In this document: in pieces, positions 12,050 through 25,316 of the stretch | How the letters are laid out: every line of letters starts with the position of its first letter | Position numbering within the stretch: position 1 is the stretch's first letter | Assembly (NCBI RefSeq): GCF_963921235.1 | Contig: NC_086108.1 | Coordinates: 25,420,001 to 25,484,000, forward strand | Source of the DNA: Mobula hypostoma | Taxonomy: Eukaryota | Reading direction: 5' to 3' | DNA length: 64,000 nt | Notes under the pieces: model-generated | What the model saw: only the letters and a program-made list of their open reading frames with translations | Databases searched by the model: none | What the model was told of the DNA's origin: nothing | Made by a program: the position numbers and the translations under genes

Positions 12050-14050
12050 GTGTGTCCCCACTAAATCGTTCAAGTCTTCCCCAATCAGAAGACCTGAATG
12101 AAGCATGAGATCTGAAGTTTGCTGAAGGTCATATCAGAGGCATTCAAGTCTAGAGACCAAGAATGATACAAGAGGTGCAGGTATGATCTCCAGAAAGCCA
12201 TTTCATGGATGAAGCGGAGATTCCGGACCAAACTGGAATGAAAGAGGTATGGTTAATTTATGTGGCGGGATTTGAATGCTATAACTTCAAACAAAATTAA
12301 ATCAAGTGACATGGCGGACAGCAGGGCTTTGCTACTAGATTAGCTCAATGCCTTCTATGCTCACTTTGACTGCCAGAACATGGAGGAACCATCCTGACTC
12401 CCTCATCTCCTGATGATCCTTTGATCTCAGTATCTGAAGCTGACGTGCAGGCTGCCTTCAGGAGGGTGAATCCAAGGAAAGTATCTGGACTGGACTGGGT
12501 ACCTGGCCATGTACTAAAGACATGTGCTGGCCAACTGGCTAGTGTGTTTAACCTCTTGCTTTGGCAGTGTGTGGTACCCAAATGCTTCAAGCATGCTTCA
12601 ATTATACCCAAGTAGAGTGCCCAAGAAGAGTGTGGTGATCTGCTACAATGACTATCAGCCAGCTGCACTTATATCCACAGTGATGAAGTTTTTTAAGAGG
12701 CTATTGATGAAACATGTCAGCTCTTGCCTGAGAGGCGACTTGGATCTGCTCCAATTAGCCTACCGAAGCAACAGGTCTACAGCAGATGCCATCTTATTGG
12801 CTCTTCGAACAACCCTGGAATGTCTGGACACCAAAGATGCATACATCAGGATGCTCCTTATCGATTACTGCTCAGCATTTAATACAATCGGTCCCTCAAT
12901 AAAGTGTTGGCCTAAGTACCCCCTTGTGCAATTGAATGCTGCATTTCCTCACTTGTAGACCCCAGTCAGTTCAGATTGGCAAATACATCTCCTCCACGAA
13001 CTCCATCAGCACAGGTGCACCACAGTGCTGTGTGCTTAGCCCCCTGATCTACTTGCTTTACACCTATGACTGTATGCCTGAGCACAGCTCCAACGTTACA
13101 TTTAGGTTTGCTGATGGCACCACTGTTGTGGGGCGTATTAAAGGTGGTGTTGAATCAGCACATGGGAGGGAAATTGAAAATTTGGCTGAGTGGTGTCAGA
13201 GCAACAACCTCTTGTCAGCAAGACCAAGTAATTGATTGTAGACTTCAGCAGAAGGAATCCAGAGGCATATGAGCCAGTGCTCATTGGTGGAGAAAACTGG
13301 CAACTTTAAATTCCTAAGTGTTACTATTTCAGAGGAACTGTCCTGGACCCAGCATATAAATACAATCGTGAAGAAAGCACAGCAGCGCCTCTACTTCCTT
13401 AAGAGTCTGTGGAGATTCAGCATGACATCAAAAACTTTGACAAACTTCTACAGATGTGTAGTGGGGAGTATACTGACTGGCTGCATCATGGCTTGGTATG
13501 GGAACACGAATGTCTTTGAATGGAAAGTTCTATAAAATGTAGTGGATTCAGTCCAGTATATCACAGGTAAAGCCCTCCCAACTATTGAGCACATTTGCAT
13601 GAAATGTTATTGAGGAAAGCAGCATCAACCATGAGATTTCCTCACCACCCAGGCCATGCTCTTTTCTCAAGGCTGCCATCAGGTGGAAGGTACAAGAGTC
13701 TCAGGACATACATCACCATGTTCAAGAACAGTTACTACCCCTTAACCATCCGGCTCTTGAACAAAAAGGCAGAACTACACTCACTTGCCCATCCATTGAG
13801 ATGTTCCCGGAACCAATGATCTCACTTTATGGACTCCTTATCTTGTTATTTCATGTTCTTGTTGTTTATTGCTATTTTTTTATATTTACATTAGCATAGT
13901 TTGTTGTCTTCTGCACTTTACTTGATCTTTCATTGATCCTGTTATGGTTACTGTTCCATAGATCTGATGAGTATGCCTGCAGGAAAATGAATCTCAGGGT
14001 TGTTTGCGATGACATATATGCACTCCAATAATTTGAACTTTGAACTTTAA
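12050..14050 (+). mobile_element. Rex1/Babar-type LINE, 5'-truncated and decayed
   Basis: AYRSNRSTADAI, LIDYCSAFNTI, GAPQCCVLSPL, RFADGT and QQRLYFL...LTNFYRCVV motifs; tail (TTTGAAC)n at ~14030-14048. Confidence 0.9.
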
Positions 14051-14151
14051 GTTTAGGGCTCACCGAAGGAGAAAACGATGAGTCTCCACATCTATCCTAT
14101 AAGACAACCTTGTAATTCAAAATAAGATTCGGTCACATTCTAGAATCTTAC

Positions 14152-14304
14152 TTTTGAAAGAAACAGTCGACAGCCCATCTCTAATCCAACTGCTTCTTGC
14201 ATATTGTCCATCGAACTGCGACGCATTTCTTTGCCATCTTGACGATAATCTCTTTCAAAATAATCACTGCACGAGAGCACTGCCATATCATACTTGCACT
14301 CATT
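14152..14304 (-). other. Candidate 153-nt coding exon (unrecognised protein)
   Basis: ttacttacag| acceptor and AAA|gtaaga donor; open phase-0/0 frame NECKYDMAVLSCSDYFERDYRQDGKEMRRSSMDNMQEAVGLEMGCRLFLSK; non-repeat and relatively CpG-rich. Confidence 0.25.
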
Positions 14305-14556
14305 CTGTAAGTAATCCCAACAGGATCAGGGGTTTAAATTACCTCTGTTCACTTCAACAGATGGGCACTATAAATAATTGCTGCAATATTTCACATATAG
14401 TCAGAAACTTTTAAATGGAATATAAACAGCTTCTGTGCAATACTCTGAGGTATTTACAGGAATATTTACAAATTAATATTGTGAACTTTTTTTTCTATAC
14501 TTGATATTCCTAAACTGTCCACACTTCAGCCATAGATTTTTATCTCCCCTGTGTAG

Positions 14557-15090
14557 CGGATATGGCCCAGTCAATCACAGGTGAAGCCCTCCCAACCATA
14601 GAGTACATCTACATGAAATGCTGTCCGCAAGAAAGCAGCATCCATCATTAGCCACTCCCAACACCCAGGACACGCTCTCTTCTCACTGCTGCCACCATGA
14701 AGGTACAGGAGACTCATGACTCACTCCACCAGGTTCGAGGACAGTTACTACCCCTCAACCATCAGGCTCTTGAGCCAAAGGGTATAACTTCGTTCAACTT
14801 CTCCCGCCCCATTATTGACATGGGCCAATGGACTTACTTTCAAGGACGCTTCATCTTATGTCTTAATATTTATTGATTATTTATTACTATTAGTAATTAT
14901 TTTTATATTTGCACAATTTGTTGTCTCCAACACTGGTTGAACACCCAAGTTGGGCAGTCTTTCATTGATTCTGTTATGGTTATTATTCTATAGATTTATT
15001 GAGTATGCCCTCAAGAAAATTAATCTTATAGTTGTATCTGGTGACATACAGTATATGTACTTAGATAGTAAATCCACTTTCAACCTTCAA
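14557..15090 (+). mobile_element. Rex1/Babar-type 3' fragment
   Basis: Collinear with 13545-14048 (HPGHALFSLLP-coding segment and 3'UTR). Confidence 0.8.
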
Positions 15091-15679
15091 CAGTGGGTTT
15101 CATTTCTCAAATGAGGTGGTCTACTCTATGGCTTTGGTCATTGGAAACACAGCTTATAAAATAGCAGGACTAGGCACTTAATATTTTAAGATAAAAGTTG
15201 TTTCAGAAAGATAGAGAAGGGAAAGAAGGGGATAGGTCAGGAAGACTAATTAAAGGAACTACTGTAGTGCTGGAGAGAGAAGACATCATGAAATTTCATG
15301 TAAACAATCATTTAGTTAAGATATGAAGCAAAAGGGAAGAAATAATGCTACTGGGCATATCCAATAGGTTATGAATGAGGGAGTGGAGCAAGATGACAGG
15401 AGAATCATAGAAATACACAGGGATATGTATCGAGTTGATAGCGGATAATTTAAATTAATTCAATACTGAGTGCAACAATATGAGATAGGAGCAAAAGAGT
15501 GAAAGATTTTGCAAATTGCACTTAAGAAAACAGACTTAATAAGCATGTGTTTGACCCAATGAGGAAAGAAGCATTGTCTGACAAAATGAGGTGGACCATA
15601 GAAAAAATAGAAGAACAACTGAGTAGCACTACAGAGGATGGTGCTTATGTGCAATGTGCTGCTAGTGAAAGTTGTCAAA

Positions 15680-15846
15680 GCAGATAAAATAACAAGATTT
15701 AAAAGTCATTTGGACAAGCGCTTGGGTTGGACGGTCTCAAAGACATGGGCCAAATGTGGAAATACAGTACCTTGGTAGGCACCATAGTTGGAATGGATGA
15801 GTTAGGGTGAAGGGCCTGTTTCAATGCTGTTTTATTCTATGACTAT
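15680..15846 (+). mobile_element. CR1 3'UTR fragment
   Basis: 'gggtgaagggcctgtttc...ttctatgactata' stem-loop and tail. Confidence 0.6.
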
Positions 15847-15857
15847 AAACAAGGTAC

Positions 15858-16490
15858 ATCTCTTCTTCTTCTGAGATTTTATGGTGGTTGGCAAACAGAT
15901 TTAAGATGTGTTACCACCACCTTCTGAACTAGAGTGTAGGTCAGAATATCTTTATATTTGTATCGAATTCTCTAAAAAAGACCCGCATTCTTAAGGAACT
16001 GCACTATATATTTAAAACAATAATCCTGTGATCCTTTCTGCAAAGTATTGTTAATGTTAAATTGTATTTCATTCCGTGATAAATTTAAAATCAACCATGC
16101 CCTCTCTTGATTATACCTTGAACATCTCAGCAGTACATGCTCAACTGTTTCTTGCTGAATACAATACTCATATTTCCCATTATTGTGTTTCTACTTTAAA
16201 AACAATGTACTATTTATGTATGTGCCCAACCTCAGTCTTGATACTATCACCTCCTGCCTCCTTTTTGCTGCATTCCTTGATCATCCTACTTCTTTCTGGA
16301 TATTATAAAGATGTCTTTCTGTTCTCTCTTTGTCACAATGTTTTCTCCATATTCTTTTGATTTCTCTTTTAGTAATGTTTTTCATTTTTCCTTTACTATA
16401 ATTGATTTGAATGTCCACTTCTGCTTGTCTAGTTGCCTCCTTTGCTAGTTTATCTGTTTTCTCATTCCAAGAGGTGGCCTCAGGACCTGC
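15858..16490 (-). mobile_element. I/Nimb-clade LINE 3' fragment (RNase H end + C-terminal zinc knuckle)
   Basis: Minus-strand translation gives NEKTDKLAKEA (RNase H NExADxLAK motif), RLRLGH and EYCIQQETVEHVLLRCSRYNQER (CCHC-like); (GAA)n-like tail near 15860-15872. Confidence 0.65.
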
Positions 16491-16699
16491 TTGTGAACTT
16501 CAATTTACAGGATTCAGCAATGCAAGAAAGACCAGGAGTATTTCAAAGGCATTGGTCACAAAAATTTAATGGACCTAAGTCCGCTGATTGTTAGTTAATA
16601 GATGATTGGCTAATGAACAAATTAACAGAAATCATTAAAAAGAAGGTTGTGTCAAATAAAGCAACCACTTTCGATGTGACTATTGTAAGAGTGAACCAG

Positions 16700-19030
16700 T
16701 ATAGAAGTGGGAAGCTTTTGGTATAAAGTGGTGAGTAATTACCTCAGGTGCTTGGAATGACAATATGAAGTTGAACAAGGCAAGTCTCATTGTTTGACTA
16801 ATTAGAGAGCATTTTATCCAATGGGAGGAAAGTGAGGCTAAGTGGAACAGCATCTGTGGGATGGTGGAGTTCAGACCTTGGTAATGTTTATTTTTTTGCT
16901 GTTCATTCTTATGATTTGTTTTGCTGTGGTCAGGATTGCAGTTAGGGCAGTGGAATGCTCCTTCCATGAGATAGGGGAAGTCAGGGATCTTCAGTCTTCC
17001 TAATGACTACATCCGTGGGCAATCAGATGCAGCTCCTGACAGATTTGGTCAAGGAGGTGGACCTGGATGATCTAAAGATCATAGGAAGCCTCCGAGATAA
17101 GAGTTTTAGTGAGGTGGCTACACTCAAGCTACAGACTTCAGATCGAAGGCTGGTGATCAGGAGAAGGGGAGTAAGCAGTCAGAACAGCGTTCCCCTCTGG
17201 GAATTTGCCTTGATAACAGGTATACCCTTTAGATACTGTTGAGGTAGACATTCTTTAAGCAGCCAGAAGCTGTAGGTAGGCTTCTGGCATTGTGATAGTC
17301 ACAAGGTTCAGTGGGGAAGAGTGAAATCAAAACAGGATAATAGACTTGATAGTGAAGAGGGCAGACAAGAGATTCCGTGACTGCAGAACAGATGCCAGGA
17401 TGATATGTTTTCTCCTAAATGCCAGTGCCAAGGATGTCTGTGAATGGTGGTGGGACCTGAACAGTGAGAGGTTGTTGTACATGTTTGTACAAACTATACA
17501 ACAAATGAAATTATGTAAAATGAGTACAGGGTGTTGGCATAAAGAGTTAAGAAACAGAACCTCAAGGGAAATGATCATCAGGAGTACTCCTGATGACATG
17601 TACTAGCAAGATCATAGATAGAATGACAGGCCACATGGATTGCTGGCTGAGGAGCTGGTACACGGATTCAGGTTCCTGGCCCATTGGGATTTCTTCAATG
17701 ATAGGAGAAACGTATATAAGTGGGATGGGTTATCTGGTGAGGAGAAAACTAAATTGGGTGAGGAAATGTGGCTCAAAGCAGGAGCAAGTAATGGAATAAA
17801 AAATAACCACTGTTAGTATCTCTGGTAATCAGGATAGCCAGAGACACAGCAAAGTCAGGGAATGCAATATTTAGTTCATCTGCTTGTATTTTGAAGCTTG
17901 ACGTCCAGTAATTCAGGCAGACAAACTCAATGTGGATTGGATATAAAGACAAGGATGTTATAGCCATAACATAAGTGTTGCTGAGAGCAGGGCAGGGCTG
18001 GCTGTTCAATATTCTAGGATACAGACAACATAAATACGGGATAAGATAACTGCAGTAATTAGTGATGATATTATTGTGGGATTGTCCAGAGAGGCTATTT
18101 AGGTAGAATTTAGAAACAAGGTGAGAGAAAGCTGTATTCTTCACCATCCTCACCCCACCCCCAATAGTCAGCAGGAATTTCAGAACCAAGTGTGTACAAA
18201 ATTCACCCAGAGTGTTATAAGGGCCTGGATGGGATAGAATTTATCAGCTGTATCCAGGAAATTTTCTTGAGTCAATAACAGGGACCTGCTCAAGAGTGTG
18301 CAGTATGGAGTCTCCCATGAGGGAATGAGACAGGACTAGAAACTGAAGTGGCAGCCAGGCAGAATTTTGTTTTAGCAACCATTATTCTCAATTTTAAGGA
18401 AGTGATGGAAAAGGATAAGACAGGTCCACAGCTTAGCTTCCTAAACTGGAGTAGGGCTAATTTTGAAGGAATTCTGCCAGATCCAGCTGGTTAATTGGCT
18501 GAGTCTATTTAATGGGGGAAAGAAAACAAGTGCAAGTTGGGAGGCCTTTTAAAAGTTTGATATCAAGTGTCCTGCAAAGGTGTGTTCCTGTTAGGGTGAA
18601 AGGTAAACCTGGTAAATCCAGAGAACCTTGATTGACAAGAGATTAAGACTCTGATCAAGGAAAAGGAGTAAGCTCTCATTGAGTTTAGGAGGTCAGGGAC
18701 AAGTTAATTCTTTGACAATAAAAAGATTAACAATACTCTAAGAGGAAAGTTAGAAGGTCAAAGAAGATATGACATGGTAGGTAAGGTTAAGGAAGAGGTT
18801 CTTTATCTATATTAAGTATTTCCAGGGACCTTTCTCACTTGTAAAAGAGTTGGATGTGAATGCACAGGTCTTTTTTTTTGGATGACACAAAATTAGGAGG
18901 TGGTGTTGATAGTGAAGAAGTTCATCCTATTTTACAGGTGGTCTTGATCAGTTGGAGAAGTGGACCAAGGAGTGGCAAATAGATTTTGATAGTAAGTGAG
19001 ATGCAGTTTGGAAAATCAACCAGGGTAGAA
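16700..19030 (+). mobile_element. Ancient, heavily decayed and internally deleted CR1 (ORF1, EN and partial RT remnants)
   Basis: ORF1-like QMQLLTDLVKE and ADKRFRDCRTDARMICFL; EN-like remnants at 17860-18420; 'gatgacacaaaattaggagg' (DDTKLGG) near 18880. Confidence 0.7.
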
Positions 19031-19039
19031 CGTGCAGTG

Positions 19040-22000
19040 AAAAAGACGAAAAGACATAGGAGCAAAATTAGGCCATTTGGCCATTGAGTCTTCTCCGCTA
19101 TTCAATCATGGTTGATCCTTTTTTCTCCTCCTCAGCCTTCTCCATGTAACCTTTGATACCAAGTGCAATCAAGAGCCTATCAATCTCTGTCTTAAATACA
19201 CCTAACGACCTGACCTCCACAGCTGCCTGTGGTAACCAATTCCACAAAATCACCACCCTCTAGCTAAAGAAATTTCTCTGCATCTGTTTTAAATGGACGC
19301 CCCTCTATCCTGAGGCTGTGCCCTCTTGTCCTAGACTTCCCAACCAATGGAAACAACCTTTCCAAATCTACTTTGTCTAGTCCTTTCAACATTCAAAAGT
19401 TTCAATGAGATTGCCCCTCATCTTTCTACATTCCAGTGACTACAGACCCAAACCATCAAACATTCCTGGAATAACCTTTAATTCCTGGAATCATCCTTGT
19501 GAACCTCTTCTGAACCCTCTCCAATGCCAGCACAATTTTTCTCAGATGAAGAGCCCAAAACTGTTCACAATACCTCAAGGTGAGGCCTCACCAGTGCTTT
19601 ACAAATCCTCATCATCACATCCCTGTTCTTATCTTCTAGACCTCTTGAAATGAATGCTAATATTGCATTTGCCTTCCTCATCACCAACTCAACCTGCAAG
19701 TTAACCTTTAGGATGCCCTGCACAAGGACTCCCAAGTCCCTTTGCATCTCAGGTTTCTGGATTTTCTACCCATTTAGAAAATAGCCTGCACATTTATTTC
19801 TACTACCAAAGTGCATGACCGTGCATTTTTCAACATTGTATTTCATTTGTCAATCTCTTGCCCATTCTCTTAATCCAAATCCTTCTGCAGCCTACTTGTT
19901 TCCTCAACACCTGCCCCTCCACCAATCTTCATATCATCTACAAACTTGGCAACAAAGTCACCTATTCCATCTAAATCATTGATATACACCATAAAAAAGA
20001 GCGGTCCTAACTCCAACCTTTGCGGAGCACCACTAGTCATTGGCAGCCAATCAGAAAAGGATCCTTTTATTCTTAATCACTGCCTCCTACTAATGTGCCA
20101 ATGCTCTAACCATGCCAGTAACATTCCTGTAATACCATGGGCTCTTAACTTGGTAAGCAGTCTCATGTGTGGCATCTTGTCAAAGGCCTTCTGAATATCC
20201 AAATAGACAACATCCACTGCATCCCTTTATATACCCTATTTGTAATATCCTCAAAGAAATCCAACAGGCTCATCAGGCAATATTTTCCCTAAGGAAACCA
20301 TATTGATTTTGTCCTATCTTGTGCCGTGTTACCAAGTTCTCCATAACCTCACTCTTAACAATTGTCATCAACATCTTCCAGCCACTGAGGTCAGGCTAAC
20401 TGGTCTATAATTTCCTTTCTTCTGCCTTGCTCCTTTCTGAAAGAGTGGCGTGACATTTGCAATTTTCCATACCTCTGGCACTATTCCAGAGTACAATGAT
20501 TTTTGAAAGATCATTATTAATGCCTCCACAATCTCTACTGCTACCTCTTTCAGAATCCTAGGGTGCAGTTCATCTGGTCCGGGTGACTTATGTACCCTTA
20601 GGTCTTTCAACTTTTTGAGCACCTTCTCCCTTGTAATAGTAACTGCACTCGCTTCTCTTCCCTCACACCCTTCAACATCTGGCATACTGCTGATGTCTTC
20701 CACAGTGAAGACAGATGCAAAGTACTCATTTATTTCATCTGTCATATCCTTGTCACTGGTTATTATTTCTCTGGCCTCATTTTCTACAGGTCCTATATCC
20801 ACACTCGCATTTCTTTTATTTTTTTGCATGTAAAAGCTTTTACTATCCAACTTTGATATTGTTTGCAAGCTTGCTTTCATATTTCATCTTTTCCCTCCTA
20901 ATGATTCTTTTTGTTGTTCTCTGTAGGTATTTAAAGCTTCCCAGTCCCCTATCTTCCCATTAATTTTTGCTTTGTTGTATGCCCTCTTTTGTCTTTACAT
21001 TATCTTTGAGTTCCCTTGTCAGCTGCGGTTGTACTATTTTGTCATTTGAGTATTTCTTTTTTTTTTGAAAGACATCTATCCTGCATCTTCCTCTTCCCCG
21101 CCCCCCCCCGCCAGAAACTCATACCTTTGCTGCTCTGCTGTCAGCTCTGACAGCATTTCCTTCCAATTTGCTTTGACCAACTCCTCTCTCATACCACTGC
21201 AGTTTCCTTTACTCCACTGATATGCTGCAACATCAGACTTTACTTTCTCTCTATTAAATTTCAGCTTGAACTCTATCACATTCTGCTCACTACTCCTAAG
21301 TGTTTTTTTACCTTAAACTCCCTAATTGCCTTCAGTTCATTATGTAACTCCCGGTCCAGTATTGGTGATCCCCTAGAATGTTCAATGACAAATTGCTCTA
21401 AATGCTATCTCATCGGCACGCAACAAACTCCCTCTCTTGAGATACATTACCAACCTAATTTTCCCAACCGACCTGCATGTTAAAATCTCCCATGACTGTC
21501 ATAACATTGCCCTTTCGACACGCCCTTTCTATTTCCAATTGTAATCTGTGGTCCCAGTTACTGTTAGGAGGCCTGTGTTTAGGAGGTCATGTTTTTTGAC
21601 CTCTCCAGTGCGTTCAACACCATCCGCCCTGCTCTGCTGGGGGAGAAGCTGACAGCGATACAGGTGGATGCTTTCCTGGTGTCATGGATACTTGATTACC
21701 TGACTGGCAGACCACAGCACGTGTGCTTGCAACACTGTGTGTTCGACAGAGTGATCAGCAGCACTGGGGCTCCACAGGGGACTGTCTTCTCTCCCTTTCT
21801 CTTCACCATTTACACCTCAGACTTCAACTACCACACAGAGTCTTGTCATCTTCAGAAGTTTTCGGATTACTCTGCCATAGTTGGATGCATCAGCAGGGGA
21901 GATGAGGATGAGTACAGGGCTACAGTAGGAAACTTTGTCACATGGTGTGAGCAGAATTATCTGCAGCTTAATGTGAAAAAGACTAAGGAGCTGGTGGTAG

Positions 22001-23710
22001 ACCTGAGGAGAGCTAAGGTACCAGTGACCCCTGTTTCCATCCAGGGGATCAGTATGGACATGGTGGAGGATTACAAGTACCTGGGAATACGAATTGACAA
22101 TAAACTGGACTGATCAAAGAACACTGAGGTTGTCTACAAGAAGAGTCAGAGCCGTCTCTATTTCCTGAGGAGACTGAGGTCCTTTAACATCTGCTGGACG
22201 ATGCTGAGGATGTTCTATGAGTCTGTGGTGGCCAGTGCTATCATGTTTGCTGTTGTGTGCTGGGGCAGCAGGCTGAGGGTACCAGACACCAACAGGATCA
22301 ACAAACTCATTCGTAAGGCCAGTGATGTTGTGGGGATGAAACTGGACTCTCTCACAGTGGTGTCTGAAAAGAGGATGCTGTCTAAGTTGCATGCCATCTT
22401 GGTCAATGTCTCCCATCCACTACATAATGTACTGGTTGGGCACAGGAGTACATTCAGCCAGAGACTCATTCCACCGAGATGCAGCACAGAGTGTCATAGG
22501 AAGTCATTCCTGCCTGTGGCCATCAAACTTTACAACTCCTCCCTTGGAGGGTCAGACACCCTGAGCCGATAGGCTGGTCCTGGACTTATTTCATAATTTA
22601 CTGGCATAATTTACATATTAGTAGTTAACTATTTATTACTATTTTTCTATTACTATTTATTATTTCCATGACTATTACTATTTACTAATAGTAGTATTAC
22701 TATTGCTATTTCTATTACTATTTATTATTATGGTGCAACTGTAACGAAAACCAAATTCCCCCAGGATCAATAAAGTATGACTATGACTATGTGTTTAACT
22801 GCTGGCAGTGTTCTTTTACCTTTGCAGTTTCTTAACTTGACCAACAAATTCTAAGTTCTCTCCTCATGACCTCTTTGCTTTTCCTTTCCATGTCATTGGT
22901 ACCAATATGTACCAACACATTTGGCTGCTCTCCATCTCCCTTCAAAATGCTGTGGACACGTGCTGAGACACCCCTGACCCCAGCACCTGGGAGCAACATA
23001 CCATCCAGGTGTCCTGTTCATATAAACAGAATCTCCTGGCTGCTGAGTTCCCCATCACTAACGCTCCCCTCTTCTCCCTCTTTCCCTTCTACTCCATGGA
23101 CCCATGCTCAGTGCCAGTAACCTAGTCTCCGTGGCGTTCCCCTGGGAGGTCATCCCTCACAACAGTATCCAAAACAGTATAGAGGGGAATGGCTACAGGG
23201 GTGCTCTGCGCTAGCTGCCTATTCACATTTCCATTTCTCCTGACAGTCACCCAGCTACTCGCCTCCTGCAGCTTGGGGGTGACTACCTCCCTGTAACTCT
23301 GATTGATTATCTCCTCACTCTCCTGTAGAAGCTGAAGGTCATCCAGCTGCTGCTCCAGATTGTAATACTGTCTCCCAGGACAGCAGCATCTGGCATGAGG
23401 AACACGTTTATTACGCTTGATTCAGTAAGAGGAGAAGAAAAAGGGAAACTTAACAGAAGCTTACCCAGCGCCAATGCCTCTTTTGAGCCAAAGTATTCTT
23501 TGAGCCAAAACCTGACACTCCTACTCTCACCACTTGCCAACTCCCAACAATGGTCACCCTGCTTGTCCCTTCTGTACTTTTATTTAAGTTGCTGTGCTCT
23601 GCTTCTACCGCTAATTGGACTGCCGGCTTGAGCATGAATGCCCGTGAAGCTCTCCTTTTAAACGAGGGTCGCTGACCTGTGAGAACCCTCGTCGCTGCGC
23701 TCTGCTCCAG
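19040..23710 (-). mobile_element. Decayed near-full-length CR1 with internal deletions, split by a Rex/Babar insertion at 21582-22789
   Basis: INEYFASVFT, KSPGPD, NYRPVSLTS and MIEFKL motifs; ORF1 remnants at 22860-23400; 5'UTR-like sequence to ~23710; 3' tail near 19045. Confidence 0.85.
21582..22789 (+). mobile_element. Young 5'-truncated Rex1/Babar-type LINE with an 8-bp TSD
   Basis: RT motifs FFDLSSAFNTI, GAPQGTVFSPFLF and QKFSD; ORFs 21589-22113 and 22201-22572 share a frame with one TGA; AATAAA + (TATGAC)n tail; TGTGTTTA at 21574-21581 and 22790-22797. Confidence 0.93.
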
Positions 23711-23749
23711 CCGCTGATTGGGCCACTGGAATGGTCGGGAGTATAATGG

Positions 23750-24450
23750 AACAAATGGACCAAGGAGCACAAGTGCATCGTTTGTTGAAAGTGGTGTCAC
23801 AGGTAGACAGGATAGTGAAAAAGGGGTTTGGCCTACTGGACTTCACCATCAGTCAGGACATTGAGTACATGACTTGGAATATTATGCTGTAGTCGTGCAA
23901 GTCATTGGAGGCAGCTCTTGGAGTGTTGTGTGCAGTTTGGGCCGCCCTGTTACTGAGAAGACATGGTTAAACTGGAAAGAGTGCTGAAAAGATTTGAGGA
24001 TGCTGTCAGAACAAGAAGGCCCAAGTTATCAGGAGAGGTTGGTCAGGGATAAATATTTCAAAAATGTCACCCCTCATTCATAAAGAGGTCTTTAAAAATG
24101 AGAGGCGACATTGTAGAAATATTTAAAATTGAGAGGCAGGGATAGGGTGAATGGTAATTCTTTCTCCCAGGATAAGGAGAACAAACCGAGGAGGCATACA
24201 TTTTGGGATGAGAGGGGAAAAATTTACAAGGAACCTGAGGGGGCACATTTTGATGCTGAAGCTGGTGAGATTATGGATTGAGCAGCCAGAGGAAGTGGTT
24301 GAGGCAGATAGAGGTATCATTTAAGAATCACTTGAATAGGTATTTGGATAGGTGGGGCTTAGAGGGACATGGGCTGAACACAGGAAATTGGGACTAGCTG
24401 TGTGACCGCTTGTTGGGATGAACTTGCAGGGCTTAAGTGCTTGTGTCTGT
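23750..24450 (+). mobile_element. Decayed CR1 3' fragment
   Basis: Similar to the ORF2 C-terminus and 3'UTR (cttggagtgttgtgtgcagtt = LExCVQ; gaggcatacattt; ccagaggaagtggttgaggcag). Confidence 0.7.
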
Positions 24451-24581
24451 GTTGTGTTGCTCAGACATTTCATAACCATAATTCAATATGGAAAGGAGGC
24501 AAGTAACTATAGATTTAATTTGCAGAAAGACAAACTAGCAAGTGTTGATAAAGCATGTGGCCTGGAAAATATAGGACCAAA

Positions 24582-25316
24582 TAGCAGATTCTGGTTAATT
24601 GGGGCAGCTATTTATTTGGGACAGGTCTTAAGAAAGAAAACCAAAAAGTAAATTGAGAAAATATCTGTAATTCCCTTCTTTTATGTCGGACATTATGCTG
24701 TTTAATTGGGGGCAAGCAACCGTTGCTGAACAGTTCCTAACTAACATAATTCAAGTGCATTTGCATGGCAATGAGACACTACACCATGCTTCAAGTGAAC
24801 AATTTTTAAATAGCATCAGTTGCGTGTTTGTTTTCAAAAAGCAGTGATTTTTGTCACTGATATTTGGCAAGAAATAAGCGTCAGATAAATCGGAACTGCT
24901 TTTCTCACAGTGGTTCCAAGCACTCAGGCTTGGAGAAGTCAGAAATAGTGCAGAGTGAAAATGAAACTATTTCACTAATTCAGCAAGTTAGGAATTACAA
25001 AAAATTTGAAGTATTAACAGTATTCTGAAAATGAAGGTTTGGAGGATGTAGCCATTTAGGTGACTGAACTGATTTGTTTATTTACAGTCAATCAAAAGAA
25101 CACAACAAATAATTTCCTTCACTCCTAACTTCTAGCAGCTAATAATGCTTATGGTACTGTAGTAGTATTGAGTGTCCTAATTTGTTCTGTATTTCATTTA
25201 TATACTGTACATAAATGTGATTCAGTTACATACCTTTTAACTGTTTCCATGATTTAGCTAATTGGGGCAGCTGCTTAGTTGTGTCCTGATGTGTCCCTAT
25301 TAACTGGAATCCACTG
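24582..25316. mobile_element. Tigger/pogo-like non-autonomous DNA transposon
   Basis: Left TAGCAGATTCTGGTTAATTGGG versus right CCCTATTAACTGGAATCCACTG (imperfect TIR); subterminal TAATTGGGG(G)CA motif recurs near 24597, 24704 and 25259. Confidence 0.6.
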
